Position numbers and translations under genes: made by a program. From positions 12,791 to 76,790 of the forward strand of contig CAVCMG010000012.1 of NCBI GenBank assembly GCA_963603285.1: a DNA stretch of 64,000 bases, read 5' to 3'. Positions 9,184 to 18,167 of the stretch are shown piece after piece. The first letter of the stretch is position 1; each line of letters begins with the position of its first letter. This DNA is from Ruminococcus bromii. GTDB taxonomy: Bacteria > Bacillota > Clostridia > Lachnospirales > Lachnospiraceae. The notes beneath the pieces were generated by a model that was given only the letters and a program-made list of their open reading frames with translations, did no database searches and was not told the origin of the DNA.

Positions 9184-9477
9184 GTGATGAAAGACGCAGC
9201 TTACGGATTAGTTGAAGTTTTGGGAAGCTCCAATGCCATTCTCTGTGTAGACAGGATGGTAAAGACTTCCGACGTATATTTTAAGACATGGAACGCCAAA
9301 TGTGGCGGCCACGTAACGATTTTTATGGCAGGTGATCTGTCTGCAGTCAATGCAGCGGTCAATACCGTAGCCGAGAATCCGCCGTGTGAGGTATTTTACA
9401 CAGCCGTTATCTCCAACCCGCATGAGGAAATGGTACGTTTTGTACAGGAGATGGCTGACAAGTTCCCGGGCAAATAA
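9184..9477 (+). CDS. BMC-domain (microcompartment shell, BMC-H-like) protein, divergent
   Basis: YGLVEVLGSSNAILCVDRMVKTSDV...MAGDLSAVNAAVNTV...AVISNPHEEMV. AAGGAGAAG RBS. Confidence 0.75.
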   Translation: MMKDAAYGLVEVLGSSNAILCVDRMVKTSDVYFKTWNAKCGGHVTIFMAGDLSAVNAAVNTVAENPPCEVFYTAVISNPHEEMVRFVQEMADKFPGK

Positions 9478-9534
9478 GACCGGATAGGAGAAGAAAGCTG
9501 AAAACAAAGCTTCCTTCGGATGCAAAAAACGAAG

Positions 9535-9564
9535 ATCCTGCCTGATGTTCAGGCAGGATTTTTT
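9535..9564 (+). terminator. Rho-independent terminator after the BMC pair
   Basis: ATCCTGCCTG...CAGGCAGGAT stem plus TTTTTT. Confidence 0.75.
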
Positions 9565-9608
9565 GACTTAGCATATAAAAGGAAGCTCCAGTTGAGATTT
9601 TTTGTTAA
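9565..9608 (-). repeat. Copy 3 of the ~50-nt interspersed element (reverse orientation)
   Basis: The reverse complement reads GTTAACAAAAAATCTCAACTGGAGCTTCCTTTTATATGCTAAGTC. It lies between the terminator and the ClC gene start. Confidence 0.65.
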
Positions 9609-9652
9609 CGAAAGAGGGAAAACGGCAGACCGACTGCCGAAAAGAGAGAAAA

Positions 9653-10978
9653 ATGATGCAGGATAATAAAAATTCACTGAAGGAAGTGTGGCATGTGGGC
9701 AGACACATGGCGGGGCATATGGCTTTAAAGCTGGCTGCCTGTGCCCACTGGATCGTACTGGCGATCGTGACAGGGCTTGTCGTGGGCGCTTACAGTACGC
9801 TGTTTGCCTGGATGCTGGGAAAAGCAACCGGCTACAGAAGCCAGTATCCGTGGCTGTTGTTTCTGCTGCCCCTGGGCGGTGTGCTGATTGTGGCGATGTA
9901 CCGTGGTGCAAAGGTCATGACCGACCGGGGAACGAATCTGGTAATCAATTCGATCCATGCCAAGGATGAGGTTCCCGGGGCAATGGCGGTACTGATCTTT
10001 GTATCAACCATCATCACGCATATGTTTGGCGGTTCTGCCGGACGAGAGGGCGCGGCCCTGCAGATGGGCGGAAGCCTTGGCAACGTACTGGCCCGGCTGT
10101 TAAAGAAAAATGAGGAGCATACGCGCATTCTGATCATGTGTGGTATGAGTGCGGCCTTTGCCGCTGTGTTTGGAACACCGATGGCTGCGGCGGTCTTTTC
10201 CATGGAGGTTATCAGTGTAGGTATCATGCATTATTCAGCGCTGGTGCCGTGTATGTTTGCGTCTCTGGTAGCTTCCCGGTTTGCGGCAACTATGGGGATT
10301 GCACCGGAAGAGTTTCATATCCTGTCCATCCCGGAGCTGACGGTGGTAACGGGCATAAAGATGTGTCTGCTGGCGGTATGCTGTGCAGCGCTGAGTATTG
10401 CTTTTTGTATGCTGTTGCATATGACCGGACATCTGTACCGGCAGTATCTGAAAAATCCGTATATCCGGGTGCTCGTCGGCGGCTGTATCATCATTGTCTT
10501 GACGCTGTTTGTCGGAAACATGGATTACAACGGCGCAGGCAATCAGCTGATCGAGCGGGCGATCGAGGGCGAGACAGTCCCGGTGGCTTTTCTGCTGAAA
10601 ATGCTGTTTACGGCGCTGACGCTTGGCGCGGGATTTAAAGGCGGCGAGATCGTGCCGAGCTTTACGATCGGAGCTACCTTTGGTTGTCTGTTCGGCCAGT
10701 TGATCGGTTTGTCCCCGTCCCTGTGTGCGGCAGTGGCGATGGCTTCTGTCTTCTGCGGCGTGACCAACTGCCCGATCACGACACTTCTGATCAGCTTTGA
10801 GCTGTTCGGCTTTGCGGGCGTGCCGTATTTTATGATCGCGATTTCTGTGAGCTATCTGCTGTCTGGTTACAAGGGACTCTACAGTGACCAGATCATCGTG
10901 TATTCCAAGTATCGTCCGCATTTTATCAACCGCCATGTCGGGGATGAATCCGAGGACGATCTGATCGATAATGACTGA
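9653..10978 (+). CDS. ClC-family voltage-gated chloride channel / H+-Cl- antiporter
   Basis: GSAGREGAALQMGG and GFKGGEIVPSFTIGA selectivity-filter-like motifs in a multi-TM protein. The start is uncertain (ATG at 9653 chosen; weak RBS). Confidence 0.85.
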   Translation: MMQDNKNSLKEVWHVGRHMAGHMALKLAACAHWIVLAIVTGLVVGAYSTLFAWMLGKATGYRSQYPWLLFLLPLGGVLIVAMYRGAKVMTDRGTNLVINSIHAKDEVPGAMAVLIFVSTIITHMFGGSAGREGAALQMGGSLGNVLARLLKKNEEHTRILIMCGMSAAFAAVFGTPMAAAVFSMEVISVGIMHYSALVPCMFASLVASRFAATMGIAPEEFHILSIPELTVVTGIKMCLLAVCCAALSIAFCMLLHMTGHLYRQYLKNPYIRVLVGGCIIIVLTLFVGNMDYNGAGNQLIERAIEGETVPVAFLLKMLFTALTLGAGFKGGEIVPSFTIGATFGCLFGQLIGLSPSLCAAVAMASVFCGVTNCPITTLLISFELFGFAGVPYFMIAISVSYLLSGYKGLYSDQIIVYSKYRPHFINRHVGDESEDDLIDND

Positions 10979-10985
10979 CGTTTTA

Positions 10986-11014
10986 TTGACATCATTCTGC
11001 CGATTTGCTATGAT
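10986..11014 (+). promoter_or_regulatory. Sigma-A-type promoter for trpS
   Basis: TTGACA, 17 nt, TATGAT. Confidence 0.6.
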
Positions 11015-11089
11015 AAAGTGTATGCTAAATTCAGGCATCAGGTAAGTTAAGACAGCTGCATACAGACAGCTTTATGGAGGTATAAAGAA

Positions 11090-12181
11090 GTGGGAAAGAT
11101 TATATTAACCGGTGACAGACCGACAGGCAGACTGCATGTGGGACATTATGTAGGTTCTTTAAGAAGACGTGTAGAGCTGCAGAATTCCGGAGATTACGAA
11201 AAGGTTCTGATCATGATCGCCGATGCACAGGCGCTGACCGATAACTTTGATAATCCGGAGAAGATCAGACAGAATATCATCGAGGTAGCGCTGGATTATC
11301 TTTCCGTCGGACTTGATCCGAAAAAATCCACTCTGTTTATCCAATCCATGGTACCGGAGCTGACAGAGATGACGTTTTACTATATGAATCTGGTGACCGT
11401 ATCCCGTCTGCAGCGAAACCCAACAGTGAAATCGGAGATCCAGCAGCGCAACTTTGAAGCCAGTATTCCAGTCGGTTTCTTCTGTTATCCGATCAGCCAG
11501 GCTGCTGATATCACAGCATTCAAGGCGACAACCGTACCGGTTGGCGAGGATCAGCTGCCGATGCTCGAGCAGACCAGAGAGATCGTCCGTAAGTTCAACA
11601 GCATTTACGGTGAGACGCTGGTTGAACCGGATGTATTGTTGCCGGACAACGAAGCCTGCAAGCGTCTGCCGGGTATTGACGGTATGGCAAAGATGAGCAA
11701 ATCTCTTGGCAACTGTATCTACCTTGCCGATGATCCGGAGGATGTTCGTAAAAAGATTATGAGCATGTACACCGATCCGCTGCATATCCAGGTATCCGAT
11801 CCGGGCCATATCGAGGGCAATACCGTATTTACCTATCTGGATGCCTTCTGCAAGACGGAGCATTTTGCTGAGTTCTGGCCGGAATATGCAAACCTTGACG
11901 AAGTTAAGGAGCATTACCAGAGAGGCGGTCTTGGCGATGTTAAGGTCAAGAAGTTCCTGAACAAGATCATCCAGGCAGAGCTTGAGCCGATCCGTGCCCG
12001 CCGTAAAGAGTACGAAAAGGATATCCCGGCCGTATACGAGATCCTCAAAGAGGGCAGCGAAAAGGCCCGCGCGATCGCCGCACAGACACTGGATGAGATG
12101 AAGAAATCCATGAAGATCAATTACTTTGACGATATGGAGCTGATCAAGGCACAGGCTGAGAAGTATAAGGGTATTGAATAA
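11090..12181 (+). CDS. trpS: Tryptophan--tRNA ligase
   Basis: Class I motifs: HVGH ([11 protein letters not shown]) and KMSKS (KMSKSLGN). GTG start behind a GGAGG RBS. Confidence 0.9.
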   Translation: MGKIILTGDRPTGRLHVGHYVGSLRRRVELQNSGDYEKVLIMIADAQALTDNFDNPEKIRQNIIEVALDYLSVGLDPKKSTLFIQSMVPELTEMTFYYMNLVTVSRLQRNPTVKSEIQQRNFEASIPVGFFCYPISQAADITAFKATTVPVGEDQLPMLEQTREIVRKFNSIYGETLVEPDVLLPDNEACKRLPGIDGMAKMSKSLGNCIYLADDPEDVRKKIMSMYTDPLHIQVSDPGHIEGNTVFTYLDAFCKTEHFAEFWPEYANLDEVKEHYQRGGLGDVKVKKFLNKIIQAELEPIRARRKEYEKDIPAVYEILKEGSEKARAIAAQTLDEMKKSMKINYFDDMELIKAQAEKYKGIE

Positions 12182-12201
12182 AATTATAGTGTGAAAATGA
12201 A

Positions 12202-12240
12202 CTGCCGCAGGAGAAAATGAAACCTCTGCGGCAGTTTTTT
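12202..12240 (+). terminator. Rho-independent terminator of trpS
   Basis: CTGCCGCAG...CTGCGGCAG stem plus TTTTTT. Confidence 0.75.
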
Positions 12241-12406
12241 GTGGGCAGATACAGGAAAAGCTGTTGTGTAGTTTTGCATACAGAACGGATGAAGGGATAG
12301 ATCGTATCTGGCAGAAGCATGGTTTCAAATACAGAAAAATGGAGATTTACAGAAAAATCTCTTGTGTATCGGATTGTCTTATGATAAAATATATCGGTAA
12401 CAGCGA

Positions 12407-12490
12407 GCCGGTGTGTTGGAATTGGCAGACGAGACGGACTCAAAATCCGTTGGTGGTAACACCGTGCGGGTTCGACCCCCGCCACCGGCA
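12407..12490 (+). tRNA. tRNA-Leu (anticodon CAA)
   Basis: Acceptor GCCGGTG/CACCGGC. Anticodon stem-loop ACGGA-CTCAAAA-TCCGT. Long variable arm. T-arm GCGGG-TTCGACC-CCCGC. Discriminator A; CCA is not encoded. Confidence 0.9.
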
Positions 12491-12494
12491 GTAG

Positions 12495-12526
12495 AAAAGC
12501 CCCTTGATTTGTCAAGGGGCTTTTTT
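12495..12526. terminator. Bidirectional terminator shared by tRNA-Leu and the convergent cbiZ-like gene
   Basis: AAAAGCCCCTTGA...TCAAGGGGCTTTTTT. Confidence 0.8.
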
Positions 12527-13645
12527 GTCACTGTTTGCCAGCGCAATATATAAAATCAGAAGTGCCATCAGCTGTTCTTTTAAAGAAAAATGCTGTTTTT
12601 CCAGAAGTGCCCACGCTTCTGTTGGATAAGCATCTCCTAAAAACTGCCCCTTTTTCCAATATAATCCACGGCATAATACCCGTGTGCCCTCACGCAAAGC
12701 GTCAGCCTCCATGACCAGATTCCAGCGTGTCTGATCCATCAGATGGACATACAGGGAGATACATTGCACAAGGTTGCGTCCGCGGTTGTACATCAGAAGA
12801 AGCTGCTCCATGGCTGATACAGTATCAAAATGGATATGAAGAGCCTCGAAAAAATCCTGATGGGCAAGATAAAATTCCCAGATAGTGCCGTTGGTGATGC
12901 CGAATCTGGAAATACGTTCAGATATCTGCAGCTGTCGTGGGCCGCAGGCACCAGTCTGCTTAAGCAGCGCCTCTTTTACCGCTGCTTTTACAGTTTTACC
13001 AATCAATTCACCGAGTTTGGAATGCCCGGAGGCATCTGTCAGGGTCAGGGTTCCTTCCATGGAAGACGCAATCACTGTGCCATCTGTGCCGGATCCTGTG
13101 GCAATTTCCTCTGAATAACAGCTGCGAATGAGCAATTCGGAAACAGCTGCAGCCTTGGCTTCGGAGCAGACAACGAGGGCACGGGTCATGGCGGCGTCAG
13201 TCAGCTCTTGATTAATATAAAGAAAAATATTGATCGTGCCGGGTGGCAACATTTCATAGTGGCCGTTTTCTTCATAGTAACTGGAGGGATCACCAGCACT
13301 CATGGCATTATGGTCAATACCACCTGTCGCATAGGCGGTCACAGAAAGCTCTCTGTACTGTAAAGTCTGAACAGCTGCCAGTTCTGTCCAGGCTGCTGTG
13401 CTGAGTGCGGTAGTTGTGGAAGGATCCAGTCCCATGGAACGTGTATGGATGGACAGATCTTCTTCATAGGTATCGCCAAGCAGATCGCAGGTATAGGATC
13501 CGTTCAGACAGTCAATATTTAAAGCATGTGTCAGATGGGTCGTCAGACCGCCGTTTAACGGACTTGTACTGAGTACTTTGGTTTTTCCGGGAAAGGTAAA
13601 GAGCGTGTTTCCCTGTTTCTGGGTACAGATAAAAGATGATTGCAT
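12512..13645 (-). CDS. CbiZ-like (adenosylcobinamide amidohydrolase family) protein with a ~140-aa C-terminal extension
   Basis: N-terminal ~235 aa resemble CbiZ (VLSTSPLNGG..., GTINIFLYIN..., ATGSGTDG). AAAGGAG RBS. The extension has no motif I recognise. Confidence 0.55.
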   Translation of the reverse strand: MQSSFICTQKQGNTLFTFPGKTKVLSTSPLNGGLTTHLTHALNIDCLNGSYTCDLLGDTYEEDLSIHTRSMGLDPSTTTALSTAAWTELAAVQTLQYRELSVTAYATGGIDHNAMSAGDPSSYYEENGHYEMLPPGTINIFLYINQELTDAAMTRALVVCSEAKAAAVSELLIRSCYSEEIATGSGTDGTVIASSMEGTLTLTDASGHSKLGELIGKTVKAAVKEALLKQTGACGPRQLQISERISRFGITNGTIWEFYLAHQDFFEALHIHFDTVSAMEQLLLMYNRGRNLVQCISLYVHLMDQTRWNLVMEADALREGTRVLCRGLYWKKGQFLGDAYPTEAWALLEKQHFSLKEQLMALLILYIALANSDKKAP

Positions 13646-13848
13646 GATACTCCTTTGAATTGTCAGATATATGGCATGTAGTTTTTGACAGTCACAATGG
13701 CTGTCAGGAATATCTGTATTATGCTGGATTTGGAGGAAAAATACAAGCGGTGTGCAGAAGAAAAGCTCTGCAGTCAGCCAGCAGATACAGCTGGTGAAAG
13801 CAGAGCCTTTATTTGCGCGAGTAACGAGCCAATAGTTATGTGCTATTG

Positions 13849-14973
13849 TTAGTCCTCTTCAGTCTCCCATGTCACACGGGAAATGCGATACAGTTCGGCT
13901 GTAAATGCCGGCGGCGCATCGGAAAATCCCGGGATGACATGGCGGTCTTTGTATTTCTCAAACCATTCGTCAGCCAGGCGTATGCATTCATCTTCCGGTG
14001 TATCCATCGGGATATTGCTGAACTGCTGACCAAACCAGATCGGTGCATCCTTATATTTCTCAGAAAGCATATCAATATCATTGAGTGGCTGTGGACACCA
14101 CAGATCCACACCTGCAGCGATGTAGGCAGGAACGAGAGCCTCATTTTTTCCACAGCTGTGCAGCTGGAAATACATACCCATTTCATGAACGGCATCGGTT
14201 ACCTTTTTCAGATAAGGAACGAGCATTTCCATGGCAGTGTCCAGAGAGAAGAATCCATTTCTCTGTGTACCCCAGTCGTCATGGATGAGAACGCCATCGA
14301 TATCGTTATACTGTTTGATCCGGCGGATATATTCGATCAGTGTGTCGGCATACTGGTCAAAAAATTCTTTGACAGCATCCTGCTGGTCCTCATCGATCAG
14401 GGCGATGGCAGCTCCTGAAACGTCCATCAGGGAAATCAGTCTCTCCCAGAAACCGGAGAGAATACCAAGCTCATTGTACTGTGGTGTTTCCAGAAAGGCT
14501 TTGTCTTTGACCGCGCAGCCTGCAAAATCCATGGCGTCGAGATCAGGCATGGAAATCAGGTCTCTCCAGTCGTTCATATCCTCAATCTTCGGATCGCCGG
14601 GCTGAACGGTTGCGCCTCCGGCCACCGGAACATAGACCCAGTTCAGATCAAACCAGCTGCTGTTCATGGTATTGGAAGTGTAAGGATATGGTTCCTGATC
14701 ATCAAAAACCAGATGTGTAGCTACGTTGTCCGGATGAAGCCGTGGACGGAAATTATTGACGTCGCACAGACACCAACCGGCAAAAGGCATCCAGTACGGC
14801 TTTTTACCGGAAAAGAGCAGTTTAAAATTCTCTTTGGCTGTGATCGGACGATTGCCGAATACAGGTTCCGTACCGGGGAATCCGGGGATCATGTTCTGCA
14901 TCATAACTCTGGCACCAAGGGGATGCTCTCCTGTGGGGATCAGTTCGGATGAATCAAAGGGTTTTCTTTTCAT
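13849..14973 (-). CDS. Uroporphyrinogen-decarboxylase-fold (MtaA/CmuA/MtvB-like) methyltransferase
   Basis: URO-D-like C-terminal half (DGVLIHDDWGTQRNGFFS..., FQLHSCGKNEALVP). Start reassigned to the ATG at 14973 behind an AGAGAGG RBS. Confidence 0.65.
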   Translation of the reverse strand: MKRKPFDSSELIPTGEHPLGARVMMQNMIPGFPGTEPVFGNRPITAKENFKLLFSGKKPYWMPFAGWCLCDVNNFRPRLHPDNVATHLVFDDQEPYPYTSNTMNSSWFDLNWVYVPVAGGATVQPGDPKIEDMNDWRDLISMPDLDAMDFAGCAVKDKAFLETPQYNELGILSGFWERLISLMDVSGAAIALIDEDQQDAVKEFFDQYADTLIEYIRRIKQYNDIDGVLIHDDWGTQRNGFFSLDTAMEMLVPYLKKVTDAVHEMGMYFQLHSCGKNEALVPAYIAAGVDLWCPQPLNDIDMLSEKYKDAPIWFGQQFSNIPMDTPEDECIRLADEWFEKYKDRHVIPGFSDAPPAFTAELYRISRVTWETEED

Positions 14974-15186
14974 TGCAGTTACCTCTCTTTTTTGGAAAAA
15001 ATACATAAGAATGCTACATAACGTGAAAATATACCCTGCGCAAAGTATTTTCTTTCTATCTGTAAGAATACAGGAAAACAGTGAAAAGTGCCATGCACGA
15101 AACGTTGACATTACGAATGATACTTACTACAATTTGTAGTAAAGAAATGCGTGGATGATGCGAAACATGCAGAAGGAGAACAGCGA

Positions 15187-16711
15187 ATGGTATGGGAGAT
15201 ATGGGACGGCCTGCTACAGAGAGACTTTGCGGTCAGCCACAGCCAGGAGTGGAACCGGCTTGAGGAAATACAGGCGATCCAGATTGGCAGTGTGGCGGTG
15301 TGTGCGACCAAATACGGTATATCTGTATACCGATCTGCAAAATGCCGGAAACACACACCACCACAGTCTGTATATTGTGACGCAGGAGGAGCTTTCACAG
15401 ACAGCGGCTACACCGGAATATTACATTGTTGCAGAAAAGGATAAAAAGGAAGAGACTGTCAATCAGATTTTACGTCTGTTTATGGAAGGGCAGCAGTGGC
15501 TTTCAAGAATCCGGGAAGCTGCCCGGGCTGATCATGATATGCAGACATTGGTAGAGCTGGTGGGACACTTCTGGAAGATCAGTGTTTTCCTTGTGAACGC
15601 AGCATACGAAATTGGGGAGCACGTAGATATGCCAGGGCAGATTTTTGCATGGGATATTGCCTGTGATGAGAATGGCAGAATGACAGAAGAGGCCATTGCA
15701 GATCTGTATCTGGATACACCGCAGTTTGATCTGACGTTTACAACCCATGGGTTGCAGAAATATATGGTACGGGACAGAGATACGGATGAGCGGCACATTT
15801 CCTATTATTATAATTTTATGGACGAGACCGATACCTATATGGGCAGGATTCTGTTTGCCACGTTTGATAAAACTGTATCACCGGAGATTCAGGCTGTATT
15901 CAGCTATGTGGCGCAGCAGGCTGAGATATGTTTTCAGGCTGCCCGGAAAAATACAATGGCTACAAAATTCCAGAGGGAATTGCGCCAGCTTTTTTTGCAG
16001 ATGCTTGAAAATGAAAATGTGCGTCAGACAGCGGTAAATGTTGTGTTGGAGCAGAAAGGCTGGAAAATTACAGATGATTATACGGTGTACAGACTGCTCA
16101 GCAATGGCAATATGCACTCCCACCACACACTGACCTATTACTGTCATATGCTGGAACGTATGTTTCCGGAGCTGCTGGCTGTGGAGAAGGATAATGGTAT
16201 CTACTGTCTGAGTCACTGCGCAGACGGACAGGACAGTTTCCGGGAACAGCTGCCGTATTTTCTGCGGGAGCATCTGTTCCTTGCCGGAGTCAGCAATATA
16301 TTCCGTGATTTTTTCTCGATAAACCTGTATGCCAGAGAGGCGGCCTGTGCACTGGAGCTTGGGATGCGTTATGATACGCATCTGTGGGTGCATGAATTTT
16401 CGGGCTATGCCCTTTTATACAGCATAGAAAAGATGACAGAGGATTATCCGGCAGGTGAGCTGGTACATCCGGGATTGAAAATGCTGGAAGCATACGACAG
16501 GGAACATCCCGGGAGTGACCTTTCCCTGACGCTGGAAGCGTATTTACGGCAGCAGTTCAATGCGACACATACGGCAAATGAGCTGCACATTCATCGCACG
16601 ACATTGTTATACCGGCTGCGGAGGATACATGAACTGACGGGGTTGCAGCTGGAGGACAGGGATACAGTACTGCATCTGTTGTTGTCGTATGCGCTGCTTT
16701 CTGCAACATAA
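15187..16711 (+). CDS. PucR-family transcriptional regulator with an apparent frameshift near 15290-15310
   Basis: C-terminal PucR HTH (THTANELHIHRTTLLYRLRRIHELTG). The best start (AAGGAG + 8 nt + ATG at 15187) is in a different frame from the 518-aa ORF body. Confidence 0.6.
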
Positions 16712-16753
16712 TGAACGAAGTATCCCAAAAAGAAGAAAAAGAAAGGAACAGCC

Positions 16754-17458
16754 ATGACAAATCTACAGAAACAGCTTTTTACCATGCAGGATCTGAAATA
16801 CCGCGATTTCCACAGCAAACTGATCCCGGATATGGATAAGGAGAAGATTATCGGTATCCGTACTCCGCAGCTGCGGGCATTTGCCAGAGAATTTGCAAAG
16901 ACGGAGGAGGCCGGGGTATTTTTGAAGGAATTACCGCACACATATTATGAGGAAGATAATCTGCACATGATGCTTGTGGGGCAGATCAGGGACTATGAAA
17001 GCTGTGTGGAGAAAGTGGAGCAGTTTCTACCATACATGGATAACTGGGCGACCTGTGACCTGCCGTTGCCAAAATGCTTTGCCGCCCATACTGAGGAGCT
17101 TCTGCCAAAAATCCGTACATGGCTTACAGCTTCCCATACCTACACGGTGCGTTATGGTATCGGGCTTCTGATGCGATTATATCTTCAGGAGAAATTTTCT
17201 CCGGAATATCCGGCCATGGTGGAGTCCGTACATAGCGATGCGTACTACATCAATATGATGATTGCCTGGTATTTTGCCACAGCGCTGTGTTATCAGTGGG
17301 ACAGCTGCATCGGTTATATCGAGAAGCACAGGCTGTCGGACTGGGTGCATCATAAGACAATCCAGAAGGCCGTGGAGAGCTATCGCATCACACCGGAGCA
17401 GAAGGCATATCTGAAAACCTTCCGTAAAAAAGCAGGGAAAAGAAACGAAAACGTTTAA
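16754..17458 (+). CDS. DNA alkylation repair (AlkD-like HEAT-repeat) protein
   Basis: DLKYRDFHSKLIP...IIGIRTPQLRAFA...MDNWATCD pattern, typical of the DNA_alkylation family. Confidence 0.7.
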   Translation: MTNLQKQLFTMQDLKYRDFHSKLIPDMDKEKIIGIRTPQLRAFAREFAKTEEAGVFLKELPHTYYEEDNLHMMLVGQIRDYESCVEKVEQFLPYMDNWATCDLPLPKCFAAHTEELLPKIRTWLTASHTYTVRYGIGLLMRLYLQEKFSPEYPAMVESVHSDAYYINMMIAWYFATALCYQWDSCIGYIEKHRLSDWVHHKTIQKAVESYRITPEQKAYLKTFRKKAGKRNENV

Positions 17459-17611
17459 GAACGGCATTGTGGAAAAAACAGCCATAAAAATACCGGGCGA
17501 ATGAGACAGATTCACATTTTTTTAAGATTTAACCGGCAGAGAAATCCTTGTCAATTCAGTATTGAGATGTTATCATAAATATAAGAATACCCACTGGGAG
17601 GAGTCTGCGCT

Positions 17612-18157
17612 ATGAGCGGTAATATTTTTACAGAAAGCATGCCGGAGATCACGTTTGAGGATTATCTGCAATATGATGACAAGAGCCGGGGCAATCTGGG
17701 TGACGAGCTGCCGGTGCTGGTTTATCGTATGCTGGAGTATTCCCTGAAAGATGAGCTCCGCAGCCGTTACGGCAAGGAGGAACAGATCGATATCTTCCGC
17801 AGTGCCGGACGCAAGGCGGGAGAATTTTTCGCAAAGAAGTTTTTAAACCTTGATCAGCCGCTGGATCAGTTTGTAGCCGAGTTGCAGAACCGGCTCTGTG
17901 ATTTAAAGATCGGCGTACTGCGTATTGAGAGTGTCGATGAAGAGACCGGAAAGATCGTGCTGACGGTAGCTGAGGACGCGGACTGTTCCGGACTGCCGAT
18001 TCTTGGCGAGACGGTCTGCAATTATGACGAAGGATTTATTGGTGGTATACTGACAACGTATTCCGGCAGGCTGTATACAGCGCTGGAGGTTGACTGCTGG
18101 GCGACAGGCGACCGTGTCTGCCGGTTCCATGCCAACATCACGGATTCACAGAAATGA
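17612..18157 (+). CDS. V4R (4-vinyl reductase) domain protein
   Basis: C-terminal CNYDEGFIGG...CWATGDRVCRFHA Cys pattern is characteristic of V4R small-molecule-binding domains. GGGAGGAG RBS. Confidence 0.6.
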   Translation: MSGNIFTESMPEITFEDYLQYDDKSRGNLGDELPVLVYRMLEYSLKDELRSRYGKEEQIDIFRSAGRKAGEFFAKKFLNLDQPLDQFVAELQNRLCDLKIGVLRIESVDEETGKIVLTVAEDADCSGLPILGETVCNYDEGFIGGILTTYSGRLYTALEVDCWATGDRVCRFHANITDSQK

Positions 18158-18167
18158 GGAAACACAG

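Noticed and set aside
9478-9652. Possible fluoride (crcB-motif) riboswitch in front of the ClC-family gene.
   Set aside because: By eye there is no GGnGAUGG...CCnUAACC-type core. The region is taken up by the BMC terminator and repeat copy 3. A covariance-model scan would be needed to be certain.
10979-11089. Expected Trp T-box leader upstream of trpS.
   Set aside because: Only ~110 nt separate the ClC stop from the trpS start. They contain a promoter but no Stem I, T-box sequence or terminator.
11159-12328. 389-aa ORF antisense to trpS. Similar long antisense ORFs occur at 10235-11038, 30826-32058, 44361-45545, 51271-52323, 59132-60127 and 61472-62554.
   Set aside because: Each lies fully opposite a gene with clear family motifs and a good RBS. 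Their products are Arg/His/Cys/Gln-rich low-information sequences with no RBS support. This is the typical shadow-ORF pattern of codon-biased genes.
13646-13848. Possible cobalamin riboswitch between the URO-D methyltransferase and the CbiZ-like gene.
   Set aside because: No B12-box-like core is visible. The main structure is a nested terminator-like hairpin (GCTCTGC...GCAGAGC) after the methyltransferase gene.
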